Assembly (NCBI GenBank): GCA_963706215.1
Contig: OY970154.1
Coordinates: forward strand, 2,190,243-2,254,242
DNA from: an uncultured Alphaproteobacteria bacterium
GTDB lineage: Bacteria; Pseudomonadota; Alphaproteobacteria; Rhizobiales; Beijerinckiaceae
Length of the DNA stretch: 64,000 nucleotides
Direction: 5' to 3'
The position numbers were made by a program, and so were the translations under genes. Under the pieces are notes generated by a model. The model saw only the letters and a program-made list of their open reading frames with translations. It was not told where the DNA came from and ran no database searches. Positions 54,097-63,623 of this stretch are shown piece by piece (positions within the stretch are counted from its first letter, which is position 1; each line of letters begins with the position of its first letter).

Positions 54097-54723
54097 ATGA
54101 ACGATTCGAAAAAAGCCGAAAACGAAGCCGCCGCGATCGGCCCGGACGGGTCCACCGGCGATGCCGGCGCGGCGGTCGCCGGTCCTGCCGAGCAAGCTCC
54201 GGCTGGAGAACCGGATCCTTTCGTTGTCTTGGAAAATCTCCGGCTCGAAAACGCGGCGCTGAAAGACAAGGTCCTGCGCGCCCTCGCCGAGATGGAAAAT
54301 CAGCGCCGCCGCGCCGAGCGCGAGGTCGCCGACGCCAAAACCTATGGCGTGACCTCGTTTGCCCTCGATATGCTGACATTCGCCGACAATTTGCGGCGCG
54401 CCGTCGAAAGCCTGCCGCCCGATGCCCGCGAGCAGGCGGGGCCCGCGCTGAAAACCTTGATCGAGGGCGTTGAGCTCACCGAGCGCGACTTCCTGTCGCG
54501 GCTTGGCAGATACGGCGTCAAGAAGCTCGAACCACTTGGCGCCAAGTTCGATCCCAATCTCCATGAGGCGTTGTTCGAGGTGCCCGACGAGACGGCGCCG
54601 AACGCCACGGTGGTGCAGGTGGTCGAGGATGGCTACGCGATCGGCGATCGCGTGCTTCGCCCCGCCAAGGTCGGCGTCTCCCGCGGCGGTCCAAAACCCG
54701 CGAACGAAAACGCTCCCACGTAG
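54097..54723 (+). CDS. grpE: Nucleotide exchange factor GrpE
   Basis: [41 protein letters not shown]. Confidence 0.97.
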   Translation: MNDSKKAENEAAAIGPDGSTGDAGAAVAGPAEQAPAGEPDPFVVLENLRLENAALKDKVLRALAEMENQRRRAEREVADAKTYGVTSFALDMLTFADNLRRAVESLPPDAREQAGPALKTLIEGVELTERDFLSRLGRYGVKKLEPLGAKFDPNLHEALFEVPDETAPNATVVQVVEDGYAIGDRVLRPAKVGVSRGGPKPANENAPT

Positions 54724-54797
54724 TCCGTGGAAGCGTTCTTTTTTCGTGCGAAGCGGCTTGGTCAGCGTCCGTTTTGCCGATGGGCCAGTGCCTTCGG

Positions 54798-55532
54798 CTA
54801 ATATTTGAAAGTGATGCCGGTGGACGCGATCCAGGGATCGATCTTGCCAAGGGTTCTGATGTGGATAGATGTGTTTAGGAGATTCCCTTGAAAGTCGGGA
54901 TTGAGGTAAATCAGCTTTTTCGCGTCGACAAAGACGCCCCAGTTTTGGGTCAGCATATAATCGAAGCCGCCTTGGACAACGAAGGAGAAAGTCGGATCAA
55001 CGCTGAAATTCGAAAGAATGCCGTCGCTGTTATTGGAGAACATCACCACATAGGCCGCGCCGGCGCCGAGATAAGGCTGAAAGGCACCGAATTGAGGGAA
55101 CTGGTATCGAAGGAGGCCCATGAGGGGCCCAACGCGCACGCTTCCCAAAGAGTCGGTACCCAAGAGTTGTGCAGCACTGAAAACAGTCGCCTTGATACGC
55201 AGGGGCGGGGGCACGCCGGCGGAAATTTCGAGCGCCCAATCTGGCGCGAAGAAATAGCCCGCTTCCAAGCCCAGGGTATAACTTGGCGGGATAGCTACGT
55301 TATTTAATGTGACGGTACCGAGGGGGGTCGGTATGTTCTTCAAGAACCCGCCTCCGGTCGACTGCGCGTCGGGCGGCGAGTAAAAGGCGCCCAGGGCGCC
55401 GACATGGACATAGAAGAGCGGCGGAGCCGGCGGAAGCGGTTCCGGCGTCGGAGTCAAATCCGCGGCGTCGGCACGCGTGATGGCGAGGGCTGCGACGACG
55501 GCAGCGGCCCAACTTTTGATAGCACCGGTCAT
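54798..55532 (-). CDS. OmpW-family outer membrane protein
   Basis: Signal peptide, AGVPP, QPYLGAG, QGGFDYM, IDPWI, terminal TFKY. Confidence 0.88.
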   Translation of the reverse strand: MTGAIKSWAAAVVAALAITRADAADLTPTPEPLPPAPPLFYVHVGALGAFYSPPDAQSTGGGFLKNIPTPLGTVTLNNVAIPPSYTLGLEAGYFFAPDWALEISAGVPPPLRIKATVFSAAQLLGTDSLGSVRVGPLMGLLRYQFPQFGAFQPYLGAGAAYVVMFSNNSDGILSNFSVDPTFSFVVQGGFDYMLTQNWGVFVDAKKLIYLNPDFQGNLLNTSIHIRTLGKIDPWIASTGITFKY

Positions 55533-55826
55533 GAACTTTCCCTCCAGTTTTATGTTCTACGGTTCACGCGATATTGACCCTTTGTCAAACGATCAGTGCT
55601 TGCAAAGATGCTTTCGATGCGCACTATGACTTTTTTGCCACGCTCGAAGACGCCCGGGAGCTTGGATGAGGGGCAATTGCAAATTGATTTGGAACAATGG
55701 GGGCGCTGCCGCATTGCGACAACATGGCCCCTACCCATGGCGTTGAGGATTCGCGATAAACCTTGGCGAGGCGTGGGAAACACGATCCCGAACGCCACGG
55801 GAAACAAAAAAACATGGAGCTACCGG

Positions 55827-56219
55827 ATGAGGCGCGCGATTGACCGGAGGGGACGGACCTTCCTCGTTTATTTCGTTGTGTTGCTTGGGTTCGGCCTCGG
55901 GATCTCCGGAGCCGCGGCGCATTCGCGTCTGGTTAAATCCGATCCTTCCGCGCGCGCTGTGCTCGAGACGGCACCCAAGGAGTTGAAGCTATGGTTTAAC
56001 GAGGGGGTCGAACCGGCGTTCGCGAAGGTGTGGATCATCCCGGCGCAGGGTGCGCAGATCCCCTTGACCAGCCATGGAGACAGTTCCGATCCGCGGCTTC
56101 TGATTGTCGCGTTTCCGGACAATCTGCCAGCCGGGCCGGTCAACATTGGATATCATATGTTGTCCGTCGACGGTCACACGGTTGACGACAAGCTTACCTT
56201 CACCGTCAAGGCACCATAA
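55827..56219 (+). CDS. copC: CopC periplasmic copper-binding protein
   Basis: Signal peptide then His1 (AAA-HSRLVKSDP), LWFNE, SVDGH; no Met-rich Cu(I) loop. Confidence 0.9.
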   Translation: MRRAIDRRGRTFLVYFVVLLGFGLGISGAAAHSRLVKSDPSARAVLETAPKELKLWFNEGVEPAFAKVWIIPAQGAQIPLTSHGDSSDPRLLIVAFPDNLPAGPVNIGYHMLSVDGHTVDDKLTFTVKAP

Positions 56220-56237
56220 GTTAGGCAGAGCGCGATC

Positions 56238-58274
56238 ATGATCGATCCATTTGCAATTGTCCGCGCCTTTGGGACCTTGGGGGCGGCGATCGTCGTCGGC
56301 TCGGGGATATTAATCTGGTACACACGCGATGCCCGTTCGCCTGCGGGAGGTTCCATTTGGCGCCGGCGGGTGGTGCTAACTGTTTTGGTGGCCGCTCTGG
56401 TCAGCGCCGTCGCAACCGTGGCGGGCGCGATCGGCGCCGCCGCCGCCGCCGCCGGAATCGGAGCGTTTTCGGTCGACGGCTCGATCATCGGGACCTTTTT
56501 TCTCCATACCGGAGTTGGCCGGATCACGATCGCCGAGATCGTGTGTGCCGTGGCGGCCTGCGTGCCTGCTTTGGTTGCCTGGTTTACGCTCAAGAGGACA
56601 AATATTTCGGACCTGCTTTTGCTCGCCGCGGCGCTGGTGGCGGCTCTTGGCCTCGCCACCGTGCCTTTCGCCAGCCATCCGACCACCCTAGACGAGCGTG
56701 TCCTAGGCCTCGCCGCGGCCATCCTCCACCGTTGGACGTTAAGCCTCTGGCTTGGCGGTCTGCCCGCTCTTATTCTGTTGATCGGAACCGGACCGGTTCC
56801 GGACGGCACCCAGCGTTTGGCGACTGTCGTCCTGCGCCGCTTTTCGCAGGTTGCGACTGTCGCAATGGGGATCATCCTGGTGACCGGGGGGATGCTGACC
56901 TGGCTTCTCGTCGGCAATTTTCCGGGAATGATCGGAACGGAATACGGACGCCTGCTGACCCTCAAGCTTACCTTGCTTGGCGGCATTCTTTTCATCGCCA
57001 GCGGACTGCAACGCCACCTTTTGCCGATGCTTGAGGCAAAGCCTAGCGATCCCACCTTTCGAAGCTATGCCAACCGGGTCAAGCTCGAGACCGTACTGGC
57101 AGTGCTCATGGTTGTCGTGGCATCCGACTTGGCCAGCCTGGCCCCGCCCGAGCATGAAAACATTGTTTGGCCGCTGCCATTCCGCTTCTCGTTCGCGGCG
57201 ACTTGGGCCATCCCCTGGGTTCCGACCCGCTTCATCGGCGGCGGTGCGCTGATTTTGTGTGGCATTGGGGCGCTCGTTCTCAGTCTTGTGCCGTCGCTTC
57301 GGCCCGCCTGGTTCCATATTTCGAAAAACGCCGGTCTTGGAGCGGGCGTTGCCGCGGCCTTGGCGGGAGGCGGGCTCGCCTTCCCCGCGATCTCGGTGCA
57401 GGCCTTCCCGGATACCTACCTCTCCACGGACATTCCCTATGCGGCAACGTCGATCACCGCCGGGCTCAAGCATTATGAAGACAATTGCACCGGCTGCCAT
57501 GGCGTGAGCGGCCATGGCGATGGGCCGGCGGCTTCGAGCTTGCCGGTAACGCCGGCCGATCTTTCGGCGCCGCACACGGCCTTGCACACCGGCGGCGACC
57601 TTTATTGGTGGGTGACCCACGGTATTTCTCCCTCCGGCATGCCGGCCTTTGCCGACGTCCTCAGCAATGACGATCGCTGGGACATCATCAATTTTCTCGG
57701 CGCTTTTTCCATTGGCTACCAGGCACGCATCATCGAACCCAAGATCAACCCGGGCCAGTACTGGCTCGCGCCCCCCGATTTCCAAATCACCGATGAAACC
57801 GGCAAGACCTTCATATTGAGCGACTATCGGCGCCAGTCCGCGATCCTCTTGGTGCTTTTTTCGTGTACGCGAGAGAACGTGGCGCAAGAAACGGCGCGGC
57901 TCGAACAGCTATTGACCGCCCGCTGGCGGCTGGCCGACCGCGGCGCCAAGATAGTCTTGGTTGCGCCCGGCAAGACGTGCGAGCCGCTGCGCCGCCTCGC
58001 AACCGGCAAGTTTCTCATCGCCGATCACGACACGGCGGACGTGGCCGCCACCTTTGGCTTTTTCACCCGCTCCTTTCACAACCGGAAACAGGACGTGGTC
58101 AGGGTTCCGGAAATCCACGCCGAGTTCTTGATCGACCGCTCCGGCTATATTCGCGCGCGTTGGCTGCCCGAGGAAGACAACAGTTGGAGCGATCCCGGTT
58201 TCATCGAAACGCAGCTCGATATGTTGGCGGGCGAGCCGCCGGCCCCGCCACCGCCTGGCCCGCACGACCACTGA
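56238..58274 (+). CDS. CopD-family membrane protein fused to a c-type cytochrome and an AhpC/TSA-like domain
   Basis: CopD helices (ASHP, LHRWTLSLWLGGL, YGRLLTLKL), CTGCHG heme motif near 57486 with distal SGMPAF, then PDFQITDETGK...EFLIDRSGYIRARW. Confidence 0.88.
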   Translation: MIDPFAIVRAFGTLGAAIVVGSGILIWYTRDARSPAGGSIWRRRVVLTVLVAALVSAVATVAGAIGAAAAAAGIGAFSVDGSIIGTFFLHTGVGRITIAEIVCAVAACVPALVAWFTLKRTNISDLLLLAAALVAALGLATVPFASHPTTLDERVLGLAAAILHRWTLSLWLGGLPALILLIGTGPVPDGTQRLATVVLRRFSQVATVAMGIILVTGGMLTWLLVGNFPGMIGTEYGRLLTLKLTLLGGILFIASGLQRHLLPMLEAKPSDPTFRSYANRVKLETVLAVLMVVVASDLASLAPPEHENIVWPLPFRFSFAATWAIPWVPTRFIGGGALILCGIGALVLSLVPSLRPAWFHISKNAGLGAGVAAALAGGGLAFPAISVQAFPDTYLSTDIPYAATSITAGLKHYEDNCTGCHGVSGHGDGPAASSLPVTPADLSAPHTALHTGGDLYWWVTHGISPSGMPAFADVLSNDDRWDIINFLGAFSIGYQARIIEPKINPGQYWLAPPDFQITDETGKTFILSDYRRQSAILLVLFSCTRENVAQETARLEQLLTARWRLADRGAKIVLVAPGKTCEPLRRLATGKFLIADHDTADVAATFGFFTRSFHNRKQDVVRVPEIHAEFLIDRSGYIRARWLPEEDNSWSDPGFIETQLDMLAGEPPAPPPPGPHDH

Positions 58275-58296
58275 GCGCCGGCCCTGCATATCGGGC

Positions 58297-58413
58297 CAGA
58301 GCATGTCCTTAAAAAAGTTGTTCGACTTTTTTGATTCCGACATGCTCCTGCTCTTTGAATTTGAGCGGTTCCTTGCCGGTCACCTGATTCCGCGCGATCG
58401 GAACGCGCTCTAG
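58297..58413. repeat. ~117-bp palindromic interspersed repeat (Rhizobiales MITE/RPE-like)
   Basis: Ends AGAGC...GCTCTAG; internal stem GAGCATGTC...GACATGCTC around AAAAAAGTTGTTCGACTTTTTT; second stem GATTCCGCGCGATC. Confidence 0.7.
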
Positions 58414-58450
58414 CTAGAGCAACGGGTAGCCGTAAGGCCCCAGCCGCTCG

Positions 58451-59017
58451 CTAGGCATTTGCCCCCGGCGCTTCGCCAGCGCTTGTCTTTGACGACCAGA
58501 CGGGTTGACCACCCTGTTCGTAGATCACGAGATTTCCGTCATCCTGCATCCTAAAAAATGCTTGAGGATATGATCCCGTGTTCGTTTGAAATAGGATGTT
58601 GTTATCGCCGCCAAGAATGAGCATGTTGCCGTCGTCCCGGAACACCAACTCCTTCGCCCCCTGATTTGCGGTATTTGACGCCCAGATAGGTGTCCAGGGC
58701 ACGTCGACGGCGGGTTTCGGCTTGGTCGGCCAGTTGGACGGCACATTGCCCGTATCGACGACCTGCAGCACAACATTGCCGTCAGTGGCTTGGAAGGTCA
58801 GCCGGAACGCCCGCGCGGGCGAATAAAGGCTTTCCCCTGCGCGGAGTGGCACAGGTGCCGCGTTTGGCGCTACCGGCCCCATCTGACATAAAATGTCACC
58901 CTGCATTGTATAAACCGGCGAACCGTCCGGTGCAGTACCGTCTATCGGCCGGGGGAGTATCTGAATATTCAACCCATAAACCCCCTCTTCTGCCGCCTTA
59001 GGATAACTATAAGGCAT
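58451..59017 (-). CDS. Bulb-type (B-type, mannose-binding) lectin domain protein
   Basis: One intact QxDxNxVxY site (QDDGNLVIY) and two degenerate ones (RDDGNMLI, ATDGNVVL), with IWASNT/VWSSKT; RBS GGAG. Confidence 0.85.
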   Translation of the reverse strand: MPYSYPKAAEEGVYGLNIQILPRPIDGTAPDGSPVYTMQGDILCQMGPVAPNAAPVPLRAGESLYSPARAFRLTFQATDGNVVLQVVDTGNVPSNWPTKPKPAVDVPWTPIWASNTANQGAKELVFRDDGNMLILGGDNNILFQTNTGSYPQAFFRMQDDGNLVIYEQGGQPVWSSKTSAGEAPGANA

Positions 59018-59264
59018 GATTTTGCTCCATTCCGCTGTTCTGGTTGTAAGTTGGCTTGCCTCAGTCAGTGCGATCGGGAGGTAACTTTGCCCGAAGTCGC
59101 AATCCCGCGACGCTTCGGAGTTTGCCCATAAGGGCGCAGGATCGCATCATCAGAATTGGTGAGGCGTGATAGAAATTTGATGTGTTGATTGGATGCGATG
59201 TCGGAAACTGAGGGAAAGTCAGAAATTGAAAGGCCTATTTTTTGTTTAATGGGCTCTCGTCGAT

Positions 59265-59823
59265 CATACCGCACCCCGCCGATGACGCCGATGCATTCGC
59301 CGAATTCGACCTGCACATGGCCAGGCGGATGGGCCAGCGGCACGAAGACCTCGCGGGCTCGTGTCCGCGCGATCCGAACGTAATCCTTCACCACGGTATA
59401 ACCGCCGGCAAAGCCGTGTTCGAGCCGCAGCCGTTCGAAAATCCGCTTCGCGGTGTGACGCTGTTTCTTGTGAACGCTGCGGTCGCTTTCAAGAATGGCG
59501 TCAATCCACGCCATAAAAGGTCCAAGCTTCCTGGACGCCGGCCGCTCGCGCCGCCGATATCCAGGCGGAACGGAAAAACTCAGCATCTTCGTGATCGTGT
59601 TCCGATGAATGCCAAACCGCTTCGCCGCTTCCCTGCGGCTCAGCCCCTCAATCATCACCGCATGTCTGACCTTGGCATAAAGTTCCACTGTGAACATCCT
59701 TCCAGCCCCTCCATGCCAATCACCGGCATCGGAACGGCCTAGCAGGACCGGTACACTATTGCGCCGCCGTCATACCCCAGCGCACAGCCGGTTCAGTGGT
59801 ACACTTTGCATCCGCGATTTATA
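59265..59823 (-). mobile_element. IS21-family left end with truncated istA
   Basis: IstA N-terminus (start 59697: EGLSRREAAKRFGIHRNT, QRHTAKRIFERL, VFVPLAHPPG) breaks off after VIGGVR; left end has repeated AGTGTACC. Confidence 0.88.
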
Positions 59824-59878
59824 GCGAAAATCAAAACGGTGAAAACCTTATTTCATTTGTTGTATCAGCTATCCCCGA

Positions 59879-60967
59879 TCATCCATGCGAAACTGCAATC
59901 CCGCCAAGCAGCGCAACCACTTCGGCCTGACGGCGGCAGCCGGTCTTTTCCAGCACTCCACGCACTTGAGTGCGGATCGTGTTGAGCGAAACGCCACCAG
60001 TGGAAGCGATTTCATCGACTGTTTCTCCGGCGCTCAGGCTGCGGGCGACGCGCGCCTCGGCGGGTGTCAGGTCGAACAGGGACTGCACCAGTTCGACCGG
60101 CGGTGCTTGCGGTAAGGTCACGGGTGTCATCACCAGGACTCCGGCGCAGCGCACGAATATGTCGCGGGCCGTTCTGCGAATGGGGATGACATGAGCGACC
60201 ATCGCCGCGCTGGCGTCGACGCTGCGAACCGCAAAGGAGCGCACCGGCGCGACGCTTTCTATGGCGAGGGTCGTGATGGCTTGCTGGAACAGCGCATTGG
60301 CGCTGGAGTTTTTCAGCGAGATTCGATCTTGCGCGCGCCACCTAATGTGATTGGTCAGCGCTTCAATCAAATGGTTCGCCGCGAGAACCTTGCCCTGATT
60401 GTCGAAAACCAGCGCCGGCAAGCCGATCAGCGACAGCGTTTCGGCGGCGGCACGCGCCCGCTCCAACTGGAGCCGCGCAGACATCAGCGCGCTGCGAGCA
60501 AGGTGCGGCCGCAATGCGTCCAACTGTTGGATGAAGGTTTGTTCCACGGGTCCGCGGGAATAGCTGCGTTCTACACTCAAAGCTATCAAATCCCCGGTTG
60601 GCAAGGGAACGACCGTTATCGCCATCCAACCAAGTCCGTGCGGGCGATAAAAGTCTCGATATGTCGGATCGCTATCCAATTCTTCGGCGGTGAAAACGTC
60701 AGATTCGGTCAAGAACCCGGCGTGATGGGCCTGAAAGCAGCGATAACGCCGTTGATCGTGGGAAAACCACGGCCCTGAAAAATAAGACGTTGCATCTTCA
60801 AATATGTCTGTCGATGCGGTCCAGCGTAGAATTCCAACATCAGGCTTGGCAGTAAAAAATACGCCGCCGCGCGCATCAGCGATTTGGGCGAGTTCATCCA
60901 AAACGCCCGGCCAAAGCTCGGGTGCGAATGAGCATTCGTAGATGCGATCGATGAGTTGCGGGTCCAT
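59879..60967 (-). CDS. LuxR-type HTH transcriptional regulator with N-terminal sensor-like domains
   Basis: C-terminal LTPAEARVA...SLNTIRTQVRGVLEKTGCRRQAEVV; LIDRIYE start and a PAS-like middle. Confidence 0.9.
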   Translation of the reverse strand: MDPQLIDRIYECSFAPELWPGVLDELAQIADARGGVFFTAKPDVGILRWTASTDIFEDATSYFSGPWFSHDQRRYRCFQAHHAGFLTESDVFTAEELDSDPTYRDFYRPHGLGWMAITVVPLPTGDLIALSVERSYSRGPVEQTFIQQLDALRPHLARSALMSARLQLERARAAAETLSLIGLPALVFDNQGKVLAANHLIEALTNHIRWRAQDRISLKNSSANALFQQAITTLAIESVAPVRSFAVRSVDASAAMVAHVIPIRRTARDIFVRCAGVLVMTPVTLPQAPPVELVQSLFDLTPAEARVARSLSAGETVDEIASTGGVSLNTIRTQVRGVLEKTGCRRQAEVVALLGGIAVSHG

Positions 60968-61124
60968 GGGCCGGCCCCTTCAACCACTTCGTGCGAGGTC
61001 AATCTTTGCCTTGCACGACGCTTCTTACGAAGCAGCGGCAAAAAGAGTTTTTTGCGGGGATCGAGACCTTAGTAAATGAATAACTATTTGATAATGTCTT
61101 ATATTAATTGCAGTTTTTAACGCG

Positions 61125-61332
61125 TCAAATCGTGATCCGCTCGACCTCGTCGAGCGTGATCTCATCTCCCGTGCGATCATAGAGCTTGGTGGTGCGCGGG
61201 CTTTCATGCGCGGCCATCGCCTGCGCGTTCTCCAGAGTGCCGCCGGCTTCAAGATAGGCGGTGATGCCCGTGGCGCGGAAGGTATGGCAGCCGATCCGGG
61301 CGCGCGTGCCGAGCTCGGCGGCGCGGCGGCGG
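61125..61332 (-). pseudogene. Tyrosine recombinase C-terminal remnant
   Basis: HTFRATGIT (H-x-x-R), AAHESPRTTKLY (His/Tyr); upstream part replaced by IS sequence. Confidence 0.9.
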
Positions 61333-61522
61333 TCAATCCCCATCAAAAAACACGGCCGCCGGGCGTGGTCGCTGTTTGCCCTCGGCCTATCCGCGTTGCG
61401 GAAAATCTTCGCCGCCGCAAATCCTCCCCAAATAAGCGCTTTCCTCACCCAACTCCTGTCCCCGAAACTCCAACTCAACTCATTGAAATATCTGGCACAC
61501 TGAAAGTGAGTCTAGTACGATG
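61316..61522 (+). mobile_element. 207-bp right-end fragment of the IS4 element at 8352-9569
   Basis: Aligns to 9363-9569 with two substitutions seen; diverges after ...TAGTACGATG. Confidence 0.95.
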
Positions 61523-61669
61523 CACAGTGACTTACACATACACATTTGAAATCAATAATATATAAATAATATAAATACGTTATGTTACACATAATCGCAC
61601 TCAAAATTCCATGTGGTTGACGCCTCGCCTGCCCGATCCTGATTGTGGCGGCGGCGGAGCGCCTCGTTC

Positions 61670-62704
61670 TCAATTCCCCGTATATTGGTGCACGCTCGCG
61701 TCAACGGCGGACTTCTCCTGCGGCGAGAGCTTGGCCAATTCGCCGTCGAGCCAGGCATCCTTCTCTCCGGCGGCCCTTGCGAGAAGATGCCATTTCATCG
61801 CTTCGACCATATCCTTTGGCAGTCCACGCCCGGCCGCCAGAAGACGCGCGACGCGGTTTTGCGCGACGGGGTTGCCGCGCACCGCCGCCTTGAGAAAGAG
61901 CTTCGCCGCCGCCGTCTCGTCCTTCTCGACGCCGATGCCGTTGAAAAGCATGATCGCGTATTCGACTTGCGCCGGCACGTTATCGTCGTTTGCCGCGCGG
62001 CCAATCCACTGCGCGGCTTGCTCATCGCTTTTTTCGACGCCGGTGCCATTCCTGTACAATAGGCCCAGGGCATAGGCGGCGTCGGAAAAGCCAAGTTCGG
62101 CGGATTGCTTGAAGAGCCGCGCGGCCTTCGGGAAATCCGAGGCGCCGCCATCGTTTTGGACGGCCAGAACGCCAAGGTTATAGAGCGCGCCGGGATGGTT
62201 TTGCGCCGCAGCCTGTTCGAATAGCTTGGCCGCGCCGACGCGATCCCGGGGCACGCCCTCGCCCTTCAATTTGGCGACCCCGAGAGCGAAAATGGCCTGC
62301 CGGTCGGAGCGTTCGGCCGCGAGCTTGTACCAGCGTGCTGCTTCCGTGACGTCGCGCCGGACGCCCAGCCCTTGCGAATAAAGCTCGCCGATGAGGGTCA
62401 TTGCCGGTCCGTCGCCGGGATCGGCCTCGATCCGCTTCATCGCCTCGCGCATCGCGGTCACATAGTAGCCGCGCTGATAAGCCCCGAACGCGATATCCGG
62501 CGCGCCGCCTAGCCGCGCTGGAACCGGCAGGGGGTCCGTCACCGGCGGCGCGTCGGACGGCGTTCCGGAATGGGTTCCGGCCGGCTGCCGCGCAGCCGGG
62601 CCGGCCTGCGCATGCGCGAAAAATCCGCCGCCTTGCAAAACCGCCCATGCCGCCGCCAAGCCGGCGCAAAGCCGCAAAACGCGGGTGCCGGAGCCACCGG
62701 TCAT
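61670..62704 (-). CDS. Sel1-like repeat protein with signal peptide
   Basis: Repeated GxGVxxD...AA.W/LF..AA units (LGELYSQGLGV, LGLLYRNGTGV, LFNGIGV). Confidence 0.92.
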   Translation of the reverse strand: MTGGSGTRVLRLCAGLAAAWAVLQGGGFFAHAQAGPAARQPAGTHSGTPSDAPPVTDPLPVPARLGGAPDIAFGAYQRGYYVTAMREAMKRIEADPGDGPAMTLIGELYSQGLGVRRDVTEAARWYKLAAERSDRQAIFALGVAKLKGEGVPRDRVGAAKLFEQAAAQNHPGALYNLGVLAVQNDGGASDFPKAARLFKQSAELGFSDAAYALGLLYRNGTGVEKSDEQAAQWIGRAANDDNVPAQVEYAIMLFNGIGVEKDETAAAKLFLKAAVRGNPVAQNRVARLLAAGRGLPKDMVEAMKWHLLARAAGEKDAWLDGELAKLSPQEKSAVDASVHQYTGN

Positions 62705-63328
62705 TCGGCCGCTTCCGGGGTTGGCGCCATCAGGCGGGCGGCGTCGCGCAAGGCCGCCGCGGCGCCACGAGGATCGGCGAAGACCGCGTCGCCAAGCGCA
62801 ATGAAATCGGCTCCCGCGCGAACTAGATCGCCGATCGAGTCGAGATCATGCGCGTAGCCGACGCAAGGGACGTTGAAGATTTCCGCCCACCAAGCGACGC
62901 GCTCGACGATGACTACGTGCGGCTCCGCGCCCCCGCCGAACATCACATAGTCGGCGCCCGCCTCGCCGGCGGCCATCGCCGCGTCCCGCGTCGGCAATCC
63001 TCCGGCGCCGACAATGTGGCCGGGTTTTATCGCGCGCAAAGCCACGTCGAGCCTTTTCCCGCTCCCATCGACATGGACGCCATCGGCGTTGGCGCGGACC
63101 GCCCACTGAGGATCGCCGGCAACCAGACAAGCAACGCCGTGCTTTTGCACCAAAGAGGCGAGCGTGCGCACGATCTTCTCTTTCTCGCCTTCTTGGTGCG
63201 CGGCGGTTCGTAAAAGCACGCAAGCCACGTCGCACGCCGCCATCGCCGCCTCAAGAATAGGCGGGTAAGGAGTTCCAATCGGAGATGGGCGGCGTGATCA
63301 AATAGAGGCGAGGCGCGTCCCTGGGCAT
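62701..63328 (-). pseudogene. Thiamine phosphate synthase-like (ThiE/TenI) gene with a +1 frameshift near codon 22
   Basis: MPRDAPRLYLITPP (from 63328) is one base out of frame with LEAAMAACDVACVLLR...ADGVHV...GADYVMFG...GADFIALG. Confidence 0.75.
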
Positions 63329-63623
63329 GACCCGAAGCAACTCCGGCGGGATACCATGCCCAATCTTATTGGATTTTGCGACGGATTTAAGCCTGAAATT
63401 AGGAAACCGGTTGGAGCCGCGCGCGGCTTTCAACCATCCTCGCCGGGGCGGCGCGGCGGATCGTCCTCCGCGTCCACGCCGCCCCGCCGGCCGGCTTTTA
63501 TTCCGCGGTTACCATCAGCTCATAGAACCCGGGCCATTCGTATTTGGCGAGATAAACAGCCACACTCTCGTTTCGAGCGGCTCAAAACGATCTTGACGGG
63601 TCGCAGAAAAAATAACAGCCAGC

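Noticed and set aside
61082-61109. dif-like site beside the integrase remnant (ATAA...TTATATTAATT)
   Set aside because: Spacer is 4 nt instead of 6 and the XerC arm does not match; the AT-rich context makes chance likely.
61564-61590. Second dif-like site (ATAA-ATACG-TTATGTTACAC)
   Set aside because: Good XerD-like arm, but a 5-nt spacer and no XerC arm.
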